Made by a program: the position numbers and the translations under genes. The notes under the pieces are model-generated. The model saw nothing but the letters and a program-made list of their open reading frames with translations. It was not told the DNA's origin and did no database searches. Shown here piece after piece: positions 48,840 to 59,797 of a stretch of 64,000 bases of DNA. This stretch comes from Anaerolineae bacterium (lineage in GTDB: Bacteria > Chloroflexota > Anaerolineae > Anaerolineales > Anaerolineaceae), in contig DUED01000001.1 in NCBI GenBank assembly GCA_011176685.1, forward strand, positions 23,231-87,230. The letters are read 5' to 3'. Position 1 is the stretch's first letter. The number at the start of each line of letters is the position of its first letter.

Positions 48840-50162
48840 ATGGCAGTGAAAAGTTTAAGAGAACCCAGAAATTCAAAACCTAGAGATTTTTCCTTTACAC
48901 TCGAGGATGTAAGGATTGATGTTGCAAGTCAGGATATGATGAAATATCGAATGAATGCATATGAAACATTCAAGGTATTACCTTTCCCTGATAAAAGGTC
49001 GAAAGATTGGCACAATATAAAGTTGTCAGATCTTGATCCTCGAAAATACCAACTCTTTAATCAGAAAGGTACTTTAATTGATTCTATTCCTGATGTGAAA
49101 AAAGCCAACAAATTATTTCCTTTGGAAACTTCCGCTTTTGTGATTCATGCAAATGGTGTAGTGAAAACTTTACTTTCGCCTGAATTAAAGGAACAAGGAA
49201 TTATTTTTACGGATTTAATTACTGCCATGAAGGAAAATAAAACATTGTTTGAAGAGCATTTGGGCAAGATCGTCAGTCCTTCAGAGGGAAAATTCGCAGC
49301 TCTAACAGCAGCTTTTTCAAAGCAGGGTTTATTCTGCTACATTCCGAAGAATGTAAATCTTACCTCCCCACTAGTAAATCTGGTTTGTCTTGATGATGAT
49401 TATACAGTTCATCCATTTCATTTGTTTATTTTCTTGGATGAAGGGTCTTCCGCAACTATTTTTCACGGGTGGTCTTCTTCAGAGGATAGTCAAGGTGAAA
49501 GTCTGTTTTCTGGGATAACCGAGATAGATATTGGAAGAAATGCAACTCTAAATTTGTATGAAGTCCAGAGTCTCAATAATGAAAGCTGGAACTTTTCTCA
49601 CGAGCGAGCACGAATAGGAAAAGAAGGCGCGATTAATTGGTTTTATCTCACACGAGGTAGTCGGTTTACGAAGAGTTTTATTAATCTTGATATGGTGGGT
49701 GATAATGGCAAAGGGATAATAACAGGGGTTTATTTTCCATCGAATACCCAGCAATTCGATTTTGATACAAGGCAGAATCATTATGCCTTAAATACAAAGA
49801 GCGATCTGCTCTTTCGAGGTGTAATGAGGGATATTAGTAAATCAGTTTGGCAAGGTATGATTTATGTTGATAAGAAGGCGTTGAAGGCCGATGGTTATCA
49901 GGTGAACAATAATTTAATGTTAAGCTCTTCAGCTCATACCATTGCGAATCCTGGCCTTGAAATCCTGACTGATGATGTGCGTTGTTCACACGGAGTTACA
50001 ATCACAGAAATTGATTTGGAGCAGCTTTTTTATCTTCAAAGTAGGGGTATTGATAAGCAACAAAGCGTGAAATTGATCGTTAATGGTTTCCTAAATTCAG
50101 CGATCTCACGCGCTGGGGATAAAAGTATCGCTGAATTGTTAATAAATGGCATTTCGATTTAA
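48840..50162 (+). CDS. sufD: Fe-S cluster assembly protein SufD
   Basis: SufB-paralogous beta-helix protein, 440 aa, lacking the SufB N-terminal Cys region. Confidence 0.8.
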   Translation: MAVKSLREPRNSKPRDFSFTLEDVRIDVASQDMMKYRMNAYETFKVLPFPDKRSKDWHNIKLSDLDPRKYQLFNQKGTLIDSIPDVKKANKLFPLETSAFVIHANGVVKTLLSPELKEQGIIFTDLITAMKENKTLFEEHLGKIVSPSEGKFAALTAAFSKQGLFCYIPKNVNLTSPLVNLVCLDDDYTVHPFHLFIFLDEGSSATIFHGWSSSEDSQGESLFSGITEIDIGRNATLNLYEVQSLNNESWNFSHERARIGKEGAINWFYLTRGSRFTKSFINLDMVGDNGKGIITGVYFPSNTQQFDFDTRQNHYALNTKSDLLFRGVMRDISKSVWQGMIYVDKKALKADGYQVNNNLMLSSSAHTIANPGLEILTDDVRCSHGVTITEIDLEQLFYLQSRGIDKQQSVKLIVNGFLNSAISRAGDKSIAELLINGISI

Positions 50163-50238
50163 TTATTAATTAATTTTTTTGATTTCTATTCATGATTGTG
50201 CTAGTATTAATAAGTTATTTTGAAATTAGGAGTATTGG

Positions 50239-50511
50239 ATGAATGCAGTACCTTTTATGAAATCCCCTGAAATCAATGATAAGTTTCATGTTGGGGATGC
50301 AATAGAGGCATATTGTGACCATATAGTAGGAAAACAGCGTATACGGGGGTGGTTAAAGGGAACTGTTGCACAGGTAGATCCAAAAATGATAGCTATCCAA
50401 TTTAATACTAATGTGTATTTAACAGGGGGGTGGATGGTGCCGGATCGTGTCCTTTGGTATCCACATGATTCCACGCAGATCCGCAAGAAAAGGCGAAGTA
50501 CCAGAAAATAA
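50239..50511 (+). CDS. Small hypothetical protein (90 aa) inserted between sufD and sufS
   Basis: Good RBS (ttaggagtattgg ATG). Basic C-terminus (KKRRSTRK). No Rieske or other Fe-S motif. Confidence 0.5.
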   Translation: MNAVPFMKSPEINDKFHVGDAIEAYCDHIVGKQRIRGWLKGTVAQVDPKMIAIQFNTNVYLTGGWMVPDRVLWYPHDSTQIRKKRRSTRK

Positions 50512-50546
50512 TTTTAGTTCTAATTCTTTTTTTCGAGGTTGGTATC

Positions 50547-51779
50547 ATGAACTTGAATTTTGATTTCAACAGTGTAAGGGCTGGTTTTCCAATTCTAAGC
50601 TGTGATGCACATCCAGGGAAAAGGTTGGTTTATCTTGATAATAGTGCCACATCCCAAAAACCCACCTTGGTTATTGAAGCAATTAATGATTATTACCGAC
50701 ATACGAATGCAAATATTCATAGAGGGATTCATGCATTGGCTGAAGAAGCCACGGCTATGTATGAGCATGCTCGGGCAAACATAGCATCCTTTATTGGCTT
50801 GCAAAACCCAAGTGAAATAATTTTTACACGCAATACGACCGAATCAATCAATTTGGTTGCAAATTCCTGGGGCAAGGGAGTGCTTAAAAAAGAGGATAAT
50901 ATATTGCTCACCGAAATGGAACATCATTCGAATCTGGTGCCTTGGTATATGTTGTCGGAAAATGTTGGTTTTAAGATAAATTTTATTCCAATTACACCAG
51001 GAGGGTTATTAGACCTTGAAAAATATGAATCCTTACTGAGGTTAGGACCAAAATTGGTTGCATTTACTCATATGTCTAATGTGCTCGGAACGATTAATCC
51101 TGCCAAGGATATAACACAAAAGGCGCATGATGTTGGCGCAATTGTTTTATTAGACGGAGCACAGTCTGTGCCACATTTCCCTGTGGATATTGTGGATATC
51201 GGAGCGGATTTTTTAGCTTTCTCTGCGCACAAAATGTGTGGTCCAACAGGAATCGGCGTACTTTATGGACGAAAAAAGTTATTGGAGTCGATGGCTCCTT
51301 TCCTGGGTGGTGGAAATATGATCAAGAAGGTTACTCAAAATTCATTTACAATGAATGAAGTCCCTCATAAGTTTGAAGCCGGAACTCCTGCGATTGCTGA
51401 AGCGGTTGGATTTTCTGCTGCAGTGGATTACCTTAATGCCATTGGAATGAAGAATATTTCTGCTTATGAGCGCGAATTAACTGCCTATGGGATGGAGAAA
51501 CTTGAATCAGTAAAAGGTGTAAATATTCTTGGACCAAAGCCAGAAAAACGGGGAGGGGTTTTTGCATTTTCTTTAGAGGGGTTGCATCCACACGACGTTG
51601 CGCAAATTTTAGATAGAGAAGGAATTGCTGTACGTGCAGGGCATCATTGTGCTATGCTTGTACATCAAAAATATGAAGTATTTTCCACAACACGGGCGAG
51701 TTTGTATTTCTACAATAATGAAGAAGATATAGATAGCTTAATAAAGGGAATTGAAAAAGTTAAGGTGTTATTCGCATAG
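50547..51779 (+). CDS. sufS: Cysteine desulfurase SufS (class II aminotransferase V)
   Basis: The PLP-lysine region (FSAHKMCGPTGIG) and the catalytic Cys region (GHHCA) are typical of SufS/CsdA. Confidence 0.85.
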   Translation: MNLNFDFNSVRAGFPILSCDAHPGKRLVYLDNSATSQKPTLVIEAINDYYRHTNANIHRGIHALAEEATAMYEHARANIASFIGLQNPSEIIFTRNTTESINLVANSWGKGVLKKEDNILLTEMEHHSNLVPWYMLSENVGFKINFIPITPGGLLDLEKYESLLRLGPKLVAFTHMSNVLGTINPAKDITQKAHDVGAIVLLDGAQSVPHFPVDIVDIGADFLAFSAHKMCGPTGIGVLYGRKKLLESMAPFLGGGNMIKKVTQNSFTMNEVPHKFEAGTPAIAEAVGFSAAVDYLNAIGMKNISAYERELTAYGMEKLESVKGVNILGPKPEKRGGVFAFSLEGLHPHDVAQILDREGIAVRAGHHCAMLVHQKYEVFSTTRASLYFYNNEEDIDSLIKGIEKVKVLFA

Positions 51780-51788
51780 CATTTTCTT

Positions 51789-52184
51789 ATGGATGATTTA
51801 TACCGCGAATTGATCATTGACCATTATAAGAACCCGCTTCATCGGGGAGAATTAGCTGAACATGATTTCAGCTTTGAAGATGAGAATCCTCTTTGTGGTG
51901 ATTTCATTCATATCGATCTAAAAGTTGATGAAGATGACAAAGTAGTTGCAGCAGCATTTAATGGTCAGGGCTGTGCAATTTCACAGGCTTCCTCAGATCT
52001 CTTATTGGATTTCATCATTGGTAAATCAGTGGAAGAAATTAAAGCATTAAATAAAAAGGATATGATGGATTTATTGGGTATTGAGTTAAGCGCCGTAAGA
52101 TTAAAATGTGCTTTATTACCCTTGAAGATAGTGAAAGCCGCGGTCTACAGGTTGCAACAGGCTTCGGATGATTTGGTCACCTAA
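51789..52184 (+). CDS. sufU: SUF-system Fe-S assembly protein SufU (NifU/IscU-like sulfur acceptor)
   Basis: Has the conserved cysteines NPLCGD and GQGCAISQAS, plus C near the C-terminus. 131 aa. Confidence 0.8.
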   Translation: MDDLYRELIIDHYKNPLHRGELAEHDFSFEDENPLCGDFIHIDLKVDEDDKVVAAAFNGQGCAISQASSDLLLDFIIGKSVEEIKALNKKDMMDLLGIELSAVRLKCALLPLKIVKAAVYRLQQASDDLVT

Positions 52185-52415
52185 GCATCACTTATCTTAA
52201 CGTAGTTTAAACATCAGTTTGGCTTTCAAAGTTACACTTGCGAGTTGAATCTATATGTAGTGTTTTTTCGTCAGAGTGGATAGAATATATTTAAATGAAA
52301 AAATTTTGGCTAAAGTTCATTGTGAAGCAAAGACCACAAAACCGCTAGTGCTACATTGTGGCTTTACTTTGATAAATCACTGCTTCAGTCTTAGTCGAAT
52401 TATTGAAACTATTTC

Positions 52416-53075
52416 TTAATCTTCTATATGGCCAAACGCTCCAATAATGCGCAGAATGTCAAATCCTTCTGCATACGGTCGTTCAGCTAGCACGCCATGC
52501 CTGATTGAAGTCGCACGTGTGACATCTGGGGAAAAGTAATATTTGTCTTTATATGTTTCGTATTGCGCTAGTGCAGAAATCTTGCGATCAACATCTTGCG
52601 CGGATACTTCAACTAAGAAAGATGGGAAAAACCCATGGCTACTCCGAATCACATCGTACCCAAATAGCGTTGTTCCACGGAAAGCGCGCAGAGCTTCTTT
52701 GGTAACAGTAACGTGGTCCTGGTGCAAATCAGCGGGTGTATGCACAAAAACGATTTCTGGGTGGAACTTCTTGTTCAAGTCAAATAAGTACTCCAAAATT
52801 TCCTGCCTGAGATGCTGGAAGCGCCTAGTCTCAAAATCTTTGAGGGTAATATGGTCATCGGGAACACCAAGAATTTTCATGCTGCGATAATGTTCAGTTG
52901 CTAGATTTGTTAATAACGGATTTTTCTGGTTATCAGAGAGTGTGATGCAGTGAATTTCTGTTTGTCCTGTAATATGAGCAATGAAAGCACCACAGCCCAG
53001 TTCAATGTCGTCCGGATGAGCACCGATAAAAAAAATCTGTTTTCCGTAAAATAAGAAACTTTTATCCATAATCAC
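52416..53075 (-). CDS. PIG-L / LmbE-family N-acetylglucosaminyl deacetylase
   Basis: IGAHPDDIELGCGA zinc-binding motif and an HQDH motif. Confidence 0.75.
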   Translation of the reverse strand: MIMDKSFLFYGKQIFFIGAHPDDIELGCGAFIAHITGQTEIHCITLSDNQKNPLLTNLATEHYRSMKILGVPDDHITLKDFETRRFQHLRQEILEYLFDLNKKFHPEIVFVHTPADLHQDHVTVTKEALRAFRGTTLFGYDVIRSSHGFFPSFLVEVSAQDVDRKISALAQYETYKDKYYFSPDVTRATSIRHGVLAERPYAEGFDILRIIGAFGHIED

Positions 53076-53876
53076 CTACTTGAGTGCAGTGAAGCCTCCC
53101 ACAACTTTTGTCATTACAATTTTACCTTCCTTTGCAATATGCTGGTTAACCACTTCTGTTATCTTTTGCATGACTTTTTCGAAATCATCTGCTTCAGAAA
53201 AGAAACTTGACCATAGTTTGCGGTCCTCTGAAAGGGAAGCGCGTGTGTAAGCAAGGAATGGGTCTGCAATTTTGAAAACGAGGGGATTTTCGAATATATT
53301 AACCTCAACTCTTGAAAATTGATTGCGGAGGGTTGTTAAAATTTCACTGGAATAACGAGAGCTACCAGGCATTGGTGGGATTTGTTTGCCGGTCGCCTCT
53401 TCAATGATTTTGTAAAAAACACTTTTATTTTCTGGCATGGGCCCGGTTGTAAAAAGGCAGCCGTTAGGTTTTAGAACTCTATGCATTTCCTTGATTGTGA
53501 AAGGAATATCTTTTGCATAGTAAATTGCAAAACAGCAGGATACCAGATCAAATTTGTTGTCAGAAAGCTCGAATTGATTATTGAAATCAAGCAGTATGAA
53601 TTCAATCTTCGTTCTTCTTCTCGTGTTTTCAGTGCGAGCTTTACTAAGCAGTTCGTCTGAAACATCACCTCCCATGATGCTTGCAAGTCCCTTTAACTCG
53701 TCAAAAAAAGAAAAACATTGTTTACCAGAACCGCAACCAACGTCCAGTATTTTTAATCCTGGCTTTAGTTTGAGCACTTGCAACATCCATTTATCGATGT
53801 TTTTGCTACCATATTTATCATGAATGCTGATGCGTGTGAGCAGGTCTGTCGTTGTTTCTTGAAAATTGATTTTCAT
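53076..53876 (-). CDS. Class I SAM-dependent methyltransferase
   Basis: ILDVGCGSGK SAM-binding motif. 266 aa. Its stop abuts the LmbE-like gene start. Confidence 0.7.
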   Translation of the reverse strand: MKINFQETTTDLLTRISIHDKYGSKNIDKWMLQVLKLKPGLKILDVGCGSGKQCFSFFDELKGLASIMGGDVSDELLSKARTENTRRRTKIEFILLDFNNQFELSDNKFDLVSCCFAIYYAKDIPFTIKEMHRVLKPNGCLFTTGPMPENKSVFYKIIEEATGKQIPPMPGSSRYSSEILTTLRNQFSRVEVNIFENPLVFKIADPFLAYTRASLSEDRKLWSSFFSEADDFEKVMQKITEVVNQHIAKEGKIVMTKVVGGFTALK

Positions 53877-53944
53877 ATTTCACCTTTATTTGAATTTTAG
53901 TAGAATATAAGAGATAGGCATTACCAGCCAAGGAAGTACCTGGT

Positions 53945-55033
53945 TCAACAGATGCGTGGAAGCATTTCACCGGCTAAAGTGTCAACGATGCGTGTACCTC
54001 CAATAATTGTTTTTAGCAACACGCGCTCCCTTTCATCAGCTTTTTCCACATAGCCAATGATTTTTGCATCCCTTCCATAAGGATGGGAATGCATGGCGTG
54101 TAATGCAATCTCAGCTTGTTCTAATGGCAGAATTGCGATTAACTTACCTTCATTCGCAACATATAAGGGATCAAAACCGAGCATTTCACATGCAGCTTGC
54201 ACTTCTTTCTTAATTGGAATATCCTTTTCGTTAATTGTTATTGTGACTTTACTTTGAGTGGCGATTTCATTTAAAGTTGTAGCCAGACCTCCCCTGGTTG
54301 GGTCGCGCAGCACATGTACAGATGGGGCTTTAAATATTATTATTTCTACTAAATTATTTAAAGGAGCCACATCTGATTTGATCTTGGTCTGAAATCCCAA
54401 TTTGCCTCTTTCTGCCAAAACAGCAATACCATGATCTCCAATTGTTCCAGAGATGAGAACAGCATCTCCAGGTTGCGCTGATTGTCCGTTTATTACCCTA
54501 TTGGGAGGTATCCATCCAATTCCTGTCGTCGATATAAAAATCTTATCTGCCTTACCTCTTTCAGCCACTTTTGTGTCGCCAGCTATAATCTTTACGCCTG
54601 CCTCTTCTGCAGTAATTTTCATAGAATTGGCGATTCTTTCCAGCATCTCAATGGTCATGCCTTCTTCGATAATAAAAGAGACGGTTATGTAGAGCGGTTT
54701 TCCGCCAGACATTGAAATGTCATTCACTGTTCCAGCTATAGCAAGTCTCCCAATATCGCCACCAGGAAAAAAGATCGGATGAACAATATGTGCATCTGTC
54801 GAAATGGTTAATGATCCTGCTAGCATTGCATCAGCAGGTAAATTGACTGATGCGAAGTCATTTCCAGCAGCTAATGCTTGGCTAGTAAAATGTGGTAAAA
54901 AGATGTTTTTTACCAATTCATGAGTCAGTCGACCGCCACTGCCATGACCCATTATGATTTTTTTCTGATGTTGGTAAGGGACAGGGCAGCTTGGTCCTTC
55001 AAAAGTTAGGGATGAATTATTTTTATTACTCAT
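53945..55033 (-). CDS. hypE: Hydrogenase maturation protein HypE
   Basis: AIR-synthase-like fold with the C-terminal PRIC motif (ends ...MLPRIC). Confidence 0.85.
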   Translation of the reverse strand: MSNKNNSSLTFEGPSCPVPYQHQKKIIMGHGSGGRLTHELVKNIFLPHFTSQALAAGNDFASVNLPADAMLAGSLTISTDAHIVHPIFFPGGDIGRLAIAGTVNDISMSGGKPLYITVSFIIEEGMTIEMLERIANSMKITAEEAGVKIIAGDTKVAERGKADKIFISTTGIGWIPPNRVINGQSAQPGDAVLISGTIGDHGIAVLAERGKLGFQTKIKSDVAPLNNLVEIIIFKAPSVHVLRDPTRGGLATTLNEIATQSKVTITINEKDIPIKKEVQAACEMLGFDPLYVANEGKLIAILPLEQAEIALHAMHSHPYGRDAKIIGYVEKADERERVLLKTIIGGTRIVDTLAGEMLPRIC

Positions 55034-55042
55034 TTCATAATT

Positions 55043-56128
55043 CTATTTTCTTACGTAACGGTAATACGCAGCGCAAGTGCCTTCTGAGGACACCATTGTT
55101 GCACCTAATGGGTTTCGTGGAGTACATTGTTTGCCAAAAGCTGGACAATCAGGTGGTTTTTTCAGTCCTTGTAGAATTAACCCTGCAATGCATATCTCTG
55201 ATTCTTTTGTTTGCACGTGTTCGACGGAGAAGCGCTGTTCGGCATCAAAATCAGCATAATCTTTAGTTAAGCGCCAACCACTCATTGGTATTATGCCAAT
55301 TCCACGCCATTTTTGGTCACAGGGTTCATAGGCTTCTGTAATGATTTCTTGGGCGGTGATATTACCTTCATATGTTACAGCTCGTGAGTATGAATTGACA
55401 ACTTCATGTTTGCCACTTTCTAGTTGCCTCACTACTTCAAGAATTCCTAATGTTAAGTCTAACGGTTCGAAGCCTGTGACGGCGATCGGTACGTTATATT
55501 TTGTTGCAATTTGTGGATATTCATGGTATCCCATGACTGCGCAAACATGACCTGCTGCAAGGAAACCCTGTACTCGGTTGTTAGGAGAACTGAGAATTAC
55601 ATGCATTGCAGGGGGCACCCGTACCTGGGAAACAAGCATCGAGTAATTTTTTATTTTTAACTCTTTGGCTTTAATAACACTCATTGCATTTGCAGGAGCT
55701 GTTGTCTCAAAACCTATCGCAAAAAAGACTATTTCCTTTTCAGGGTTTTCTTGCGCAATATGTAATGATTCAAGAGGTGAATAAACCACACGGATTTGTC
55801 CACCATCTGCACGGATAGAAAAAAGGTCTTTCTGCGAACCCGGAACACGAAGCATATCTCCAAAGGAGGTCAAGATCACATTTTCTTGTGAGGCAATCGC
55901 GATTGCTTTGTCAATCAGTTCTAAAGGGGTAACACATACAGGGCAACCTGGACCATGGATTAATTCAATTTGTGGTGGAAGTAATTCATCCAAACCATAT
56001 TGCATAAATGCATGCGTCTGCCCCCCACAGATTTCCATGATTGCGGCTGGTTTTGATATTTTTTTATAAATTTGATCGATTGCTCGATGAACTAATTCCG
56101 GATTTCGAAAATCTAATTGAGTTACCAT
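55043..56128 (-). CDS. hypD: Hydrogenase maturation protein HypD
   Basis: GPGCPVC and CPVC / FGKQCTP motifs. 361 aa. Confidence 0.85.
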   Translation of the reverse strand: MVTQLDFRNPELVHRAIDQIYKKISKPAAIMEICGGQTHAFMQYGLDELLPPQIELIHGPGCPVCVTPLELIDKAIAIASQENVILTSFGDMLRVPGSQKDLFSIRADGGQIRVVYSPLESLHIAQENPEKEIVFFAIGFETTAPANAMSVIKAKELKIKNYSMLVSQVRVPPAMHVILSSPNNRVQGFLAAGHVCAVMGYHEYPQIATKYNVPIAVTGFEPLDLTLGILEVVRQLESGKHEVVNSYSRAVTYEGNITAQEIITEAYEPCDQKWRGIGIIPMSGWRLTKDYADFDAEQRFSVEHVQTKESEICIAGLILQGLKKPPDCPAFGKQCTPRNPLGATMVSSEGTCAAYYRYVRK

Positions 56129-56144
56129 ATCGCTTCTCAGCTTA

Positions 56145-56390
56145 TCATCCTGTGATTTCTGATTGAATTTTGTCTATCTCTTTCAGCATTTCCAGTGTTT
56201 CAAGAGCTTCTTGCTCATTTAATGTGTTTATTGCAAATCCGGCATGCACAATTACATAATCGCCCACTTTTGCTTCTGGGGTTGTTTCGAGACATACCCG
56301 AATCATAATGTTGTCAAAATCAACTTTTCCCATTTTGATGCCATTTTCTTTATTGATTTCGATGATTTTGCCAGGTACACCTAAGCACAT
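56145..56390 (-). CDS. hypC: Hydrogenase maturation chaperone HypC
   Basis: The true start is [12 protein letters not shown] (N-terminal Met-Cys). The ORF track begins 8 codons upstream. Confidence 0.8.
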   Translation of the reverse strand: MCLGVPGKIIEINKENGIKMGKVDFDNIMIRVCLETTPEAKVGDYVIVHAGFAINTLNEQEALETLEMLKEIDKIQSEITG

Positions 56391-56392
56391 GA

Positions 56393-58708
56393 TTACATCC
56401 TTTCTGATTTCCATATCTTCGGGTCTTTGATTTTGGTTGCAGCAATCAATGCCTGGCCAAGAGAAATGCCGCCATCATTTGATGGAACGTTTTGATGGAA
56501 AAGAACATTAAAACCATTTTTCTCAAGAATATTTTCTGTCCTTTTTAGTAAAAAAAGGTTTTGCCAGACTCCTCCACTAAGGGCGACAGTTGAGCATCCG
56601 GTTTCATCTTTAATTTTCATACAAACTTCTCTGACCATATTGGTAATTGCATTATGAAATTTTGCTGCAAGAATTGGTTTTGCTACACATTTTTTTATGT
56701 CGGAAATCAATGATTCTAATATACTTTTTAACGAAATGATATTCCCATCCACATCAAATGAGTAGTGGTCTGTTTCATCTGGGTCTATTATTGCTTCCAA
56801 CTCAATAGCTGCTTGAGCTTCATAATTAATCTGTTGGCGAATTCCAATGAGCGCTGCGACTGTATCGAAAAGTCGTCCCATGCTGGATGTTTGCGGGCTG
56901 TTGATACTTCTCTCCAATTGGGTAAGGAGTATTGCTCTCTGTTCATCAGATAGTGCCTGAAAAGGTGCTAAGTTATCTTGCCAGGGAATATCGTTTGCCC
57001 AAAGTTCAGCTAGTGCCATTCTGCAGGGGTTTTTCGTAGCTGCATCTCCTCCCGGTAAAGGTACATACGATAGGTGATAGAGACGTTGGTATTCTCGGTA
57101 ATTACCAAAGAGAAATTCACCACCCCAGATAGTGGAATCAGTTCCTAGACCAGTGCCGTCAAAGCAGATGCCAATGATTGGCTTATCACTGACCCAATTG
57201 TTGTCTGCCAAACAGGAAGCTAAGTGGGCGTGGTGGTGTTGGATTTGGATGAGAGGAATATCATCGGAAATAGAACGATCTTGCGCATAGCGAGTTGATA
57301 AATAGTCAGGATGCAAATCACACGCAATTAATCTTGGCTTAATCCTAAATAGTTTCTCATAATGTGCAATGCTGTCTTGAAATGATTTTAAAGTCTCCAG
57401 GTTCTCTAATTCTCCAATGTGATGGCTGAGGAAGGCATAATTTTTTCTTGTCAGGCAAAATGTATTTTTCATTGATGCGCCAACAGCTAGAATTTCGGGC
57501 AGAGGATTGGAGAGCTGGATTGGGTTGGGAGCATAACCACGCGCGCGGCGGATAAAATAGGGATTACCTTTATGTTCGTAAACAACCGAATCATCTACTC
57601 GAATATGGATGTCACGGTTATGCGCTAAGAATGCATCAGCGAGCGATGATAATTTTTCCTGTGCCTGATTGTTAGTGAATGCAATGGGTTCTTCACGGAT
57701 GTTGCCGCTGGTCATCACAATAACTTCAGGAAAATCGCTGCTTGGTTCTAAAAGTAAGAGGTGTAAGGGTGTGTAAGGGAGCATTATCCCTAGTTGTTGC
57801 AGGTTGGGCGCAATTTGTGGAACAATGGATGAATTTAATTTCTTTCTGCATAGAACGATAGGTTTTTCTCGTGATTCTAATAATCTAATTTCATCCTTAT
57901 TTAACAGACAATGCTTTTCGGCAATGCAAATGTCATACACCATCACTGCAAAGGGCTTTTCAGAACGTCTTTTTCGCTTACGCAGCTCTTCCACAGCCGT
58001 TTGGTTGGTTGCATCACAAGCAAGATGGAAACCACCTAATCCCTTCACTGCAAGGATTTTGCCTTTCATTAATAAATCCCTTGCTGTTTGAATAGCCCCT
58101 TCTTTTTCTGAGAGAATTTTATCCCCAATTTGCAGCCAAACATGAGGGCCGCAATCTGGACAAGCAATCGGCTGTGCATGGAATCTTCGATTATTAGGGT
58201 TGTCATATTCAAATTTGCAAAAACTGCACATATTAAAAGATGCCATTGTCGTGAGCGGTCTGTCATAAGGGATTTCTTTTATGATCGTAAATCTTGGTCC
58301 ACAGTTTGTGCAGTTGATAAATGGATATCGGAAGCGCTTATTTGCAGGGTCTAATAATTCTCTCTGACAATCAGTGCAGATTGAGACGTCTGGCGATATT
58401 GGAATGAACTCCTCAGGCAGAGGTTGGCTGGTCAATATCTTGAAGTCTGTATATCCATTGGGTTGGCAAGGTTTGATATCAACAAAATCTATTCGAGCCA
58501 ATGGCGGAGGGTTGAGCTGCAATTCAGTAATAAATTTACTTATTAGTTTGGGTGCCCCATTTAATTCTATATCCACTCCTTTAGATGTATTGCGAACCCA
58601 ACCGAATAAGGTATATTTTCTCGCCAATCCATATACAAATGGGCGAAAACCTACTCCTTGTACAATCCCTTTTATGACTATTCTTCTGCCTATAATGTTC
58701 TTACTCAT
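56393..58708 (-). CDS. hypF: Carbamoyltransferase HypF
   Basis: Acylphosphatase domain, two CxxC...CxxC zinc fingers, then YrdC-like and Kae1-like domains. 771 aa. Confidence 0.9.
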   Translation of the reverse strand: MSKNIIGRRIVIKGIVQGVGFRPFVYGLARKYTLFGWVRNTSKGVDIELNGAPKLISKFITELQLNPPPLARIDFVDIKPCQPNGYTDFKILTSQPLPEEFIPISPDVSICTDCQRELLDPANKRFRYPFINCTNCGPRFTIIKEIPYDRPLTTMASFNMCSFCKFEYDNPNNRRFHAQPIACPDCGPHVWLQIGDKILSEKEGAIQTARDLLMKGKILAVKGLGGFHLACDATNQTAVEELRKRKRRSEKPFAVMVYDICIAEKHCLLNKDEIRLLESREKPIVLCRKKLNSSIVPQIAPNLQQLGIMLPYTPLHLLLLEPSSDFPEVIVMTSGNIREEPIAFTNNQAQEKLSSLADAFLAHNRDIHIRVDDSVVYEHKGNPYFIRRARGYAPNPIQLSNPLPEILAVGASMKNTFCLTRKNYAFLSHHIGELENLETLKSFQDSIAHYEKLFRIKPRLIACDLHPDYLSTRYAQDRSISDDIPLIQIQHHHAHLASCLADNNWVSDKPIIGICFDGTGLGTDSTIWGGEFLFGNYREYQRLYHLSYVPLPGGDAATKNPCRMALAELWANDIPWQDNLAPFQALSDEQRAILLTQLERSINSPQTSSMGRLFDTVAALIGIRQQINYEAQAAIELEAIIDPDETDHYSFDVDGNIISLKSILESLISDIKKCVAKPILAAKFHNAITNMVREVCMKIKDETGCSTVALSGGVWQNLFLLKRTENILEKNGFNVLFHQNVPSNDGGISLGQALIAATKIKDPKIWKSERM

Positions 58709-59378
58709 TCTTGTTTTTGAAATTATGCACCTGCTTCATAAGCCATAAGGACCAAGTCTCTATGCCTTCTCCGGTTTTACAGGAGATATTAAAAAACTGC
58801 GAATGTGGGTTTAAGGCTTGGATACCTTTACGAAAGTAATTTAAGTTAAAATCGATATAGGGAAGGAGATCAATCTTGTTTAAGATGAGTGCATCAATCC
58901 CACGATAAATATTTGGGTATTTATATGGTTTGTCATCTCCTTCAGGGATGCTGGCTACAACTATATTGATATTAGTCCCTAGTTTGAAAGCAGCAGGGCA
59001 AATAAGATTTCCCACATTTTCGATAATGATGAGATCTAGCTTGTTAAGTGGGAGTTGTTCTAACGCATTTTTCACCATTGGTGCGTCAAGGTGACATTCG
59101 CCCCCTGTGTTTATTTGTACAGCTAGTATCCCGCATTCAGAAACCTTATCAGCGTCAATGGTAACAGGAGCGGTATCTCCTTTGATGACCGCTAGTTTTA
59201 ATTGGCTCGAGATCTGTTGAATTGTTTGCAAGATCAAGCTGGTTTTACCTGCCCCTGGTGAAGCCATTATATTTAATGAATAGACTCTTGCTCTATTTAA
59301 AAGTTCTTCATTCTCTTTGGCAATTTGGTCATTTGCGTTTAATATTTTTTCAACGATAGGTACTCGTCTTGCTGTCAT
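58701..59378 (-). CDS. hypB: Hydrogenase nickel-incorporation GTPase HypB
   Basis: P-loop SPGAGKTS and a CH..xC metal motif region. 225 aa. Confidence 0.85.
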   Translation of the reverse strand: MTARRVPIVEKILNANDQIAKENEELLNRARVYSLNIMASPGAGKTSLILQTIQQISSQLKLAVIKGDTAPVTIDADKVSECGILAVQINTGGECHLDAPMVKNALEQLPLNKLDLIIIENVGNLICPAAFKLGTNINIVVASIPEGDDKPYKYPNIYRGIDALILNKIDLLPYIDFNLNYFRKGIQALNPHSQFFNISCKTGEGIETWSLWLMKQVHNFKNKNE

Positions 59379-59380
59379 GC

Positions 59381-59737
59381 TTATTTCTCCTCATCGTTTT
59401 CTATCTTAATACTATCTAAATTAAATTCAGTACCCGCAATTACTTTCAAGTTTAAGCTAGCACATTTGGGGCAAGGTATCAGTTCACCCTTCAAATTATA
59501 TTCATATTCACAGTCCAGGCATTTCATTTTTCCTGGAATGCGATCAAAGTGTAATTTGGCATTCTTGCAAATCGTATCCTTGCTAATGATTTCCCAATAG
59601 AATTGAATACAATCATCCACAATGCTTGAAAGATCGCCAATGACTAGATAAATATCTGTAACTCGGTTTGCCCTTTCTTTTTGAGCATATTTAATGGTCG
59701 TTTTCAGGATGGCTTCTGTAACAGAAAGCTCATGCAT
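59381..59737 (-). CDS. hypA: Hydrogenase nickel-insertion protein HypA
   Basis: N-terminal MHE plus two CxxC pairs (CLDC...CPKC). 118 aa. Confidence 0.8.
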   Translation of the reverse strand: MHELSVTEAILKTTIKYAQKERANRVTDIYLVIGDLSSIVDDCIQFYWEIISKDTICKNAKLHFDRIPGKMKCLDCEYEYNLKGELIPCPKCASLNLKVIAGTEFNLDSIKIENDEEK

Positions 59738-59797
59738 ACAGGAATTATAATCCTTTTAGGGAAATATATAATATTTTATATATAAAACATAATAATA

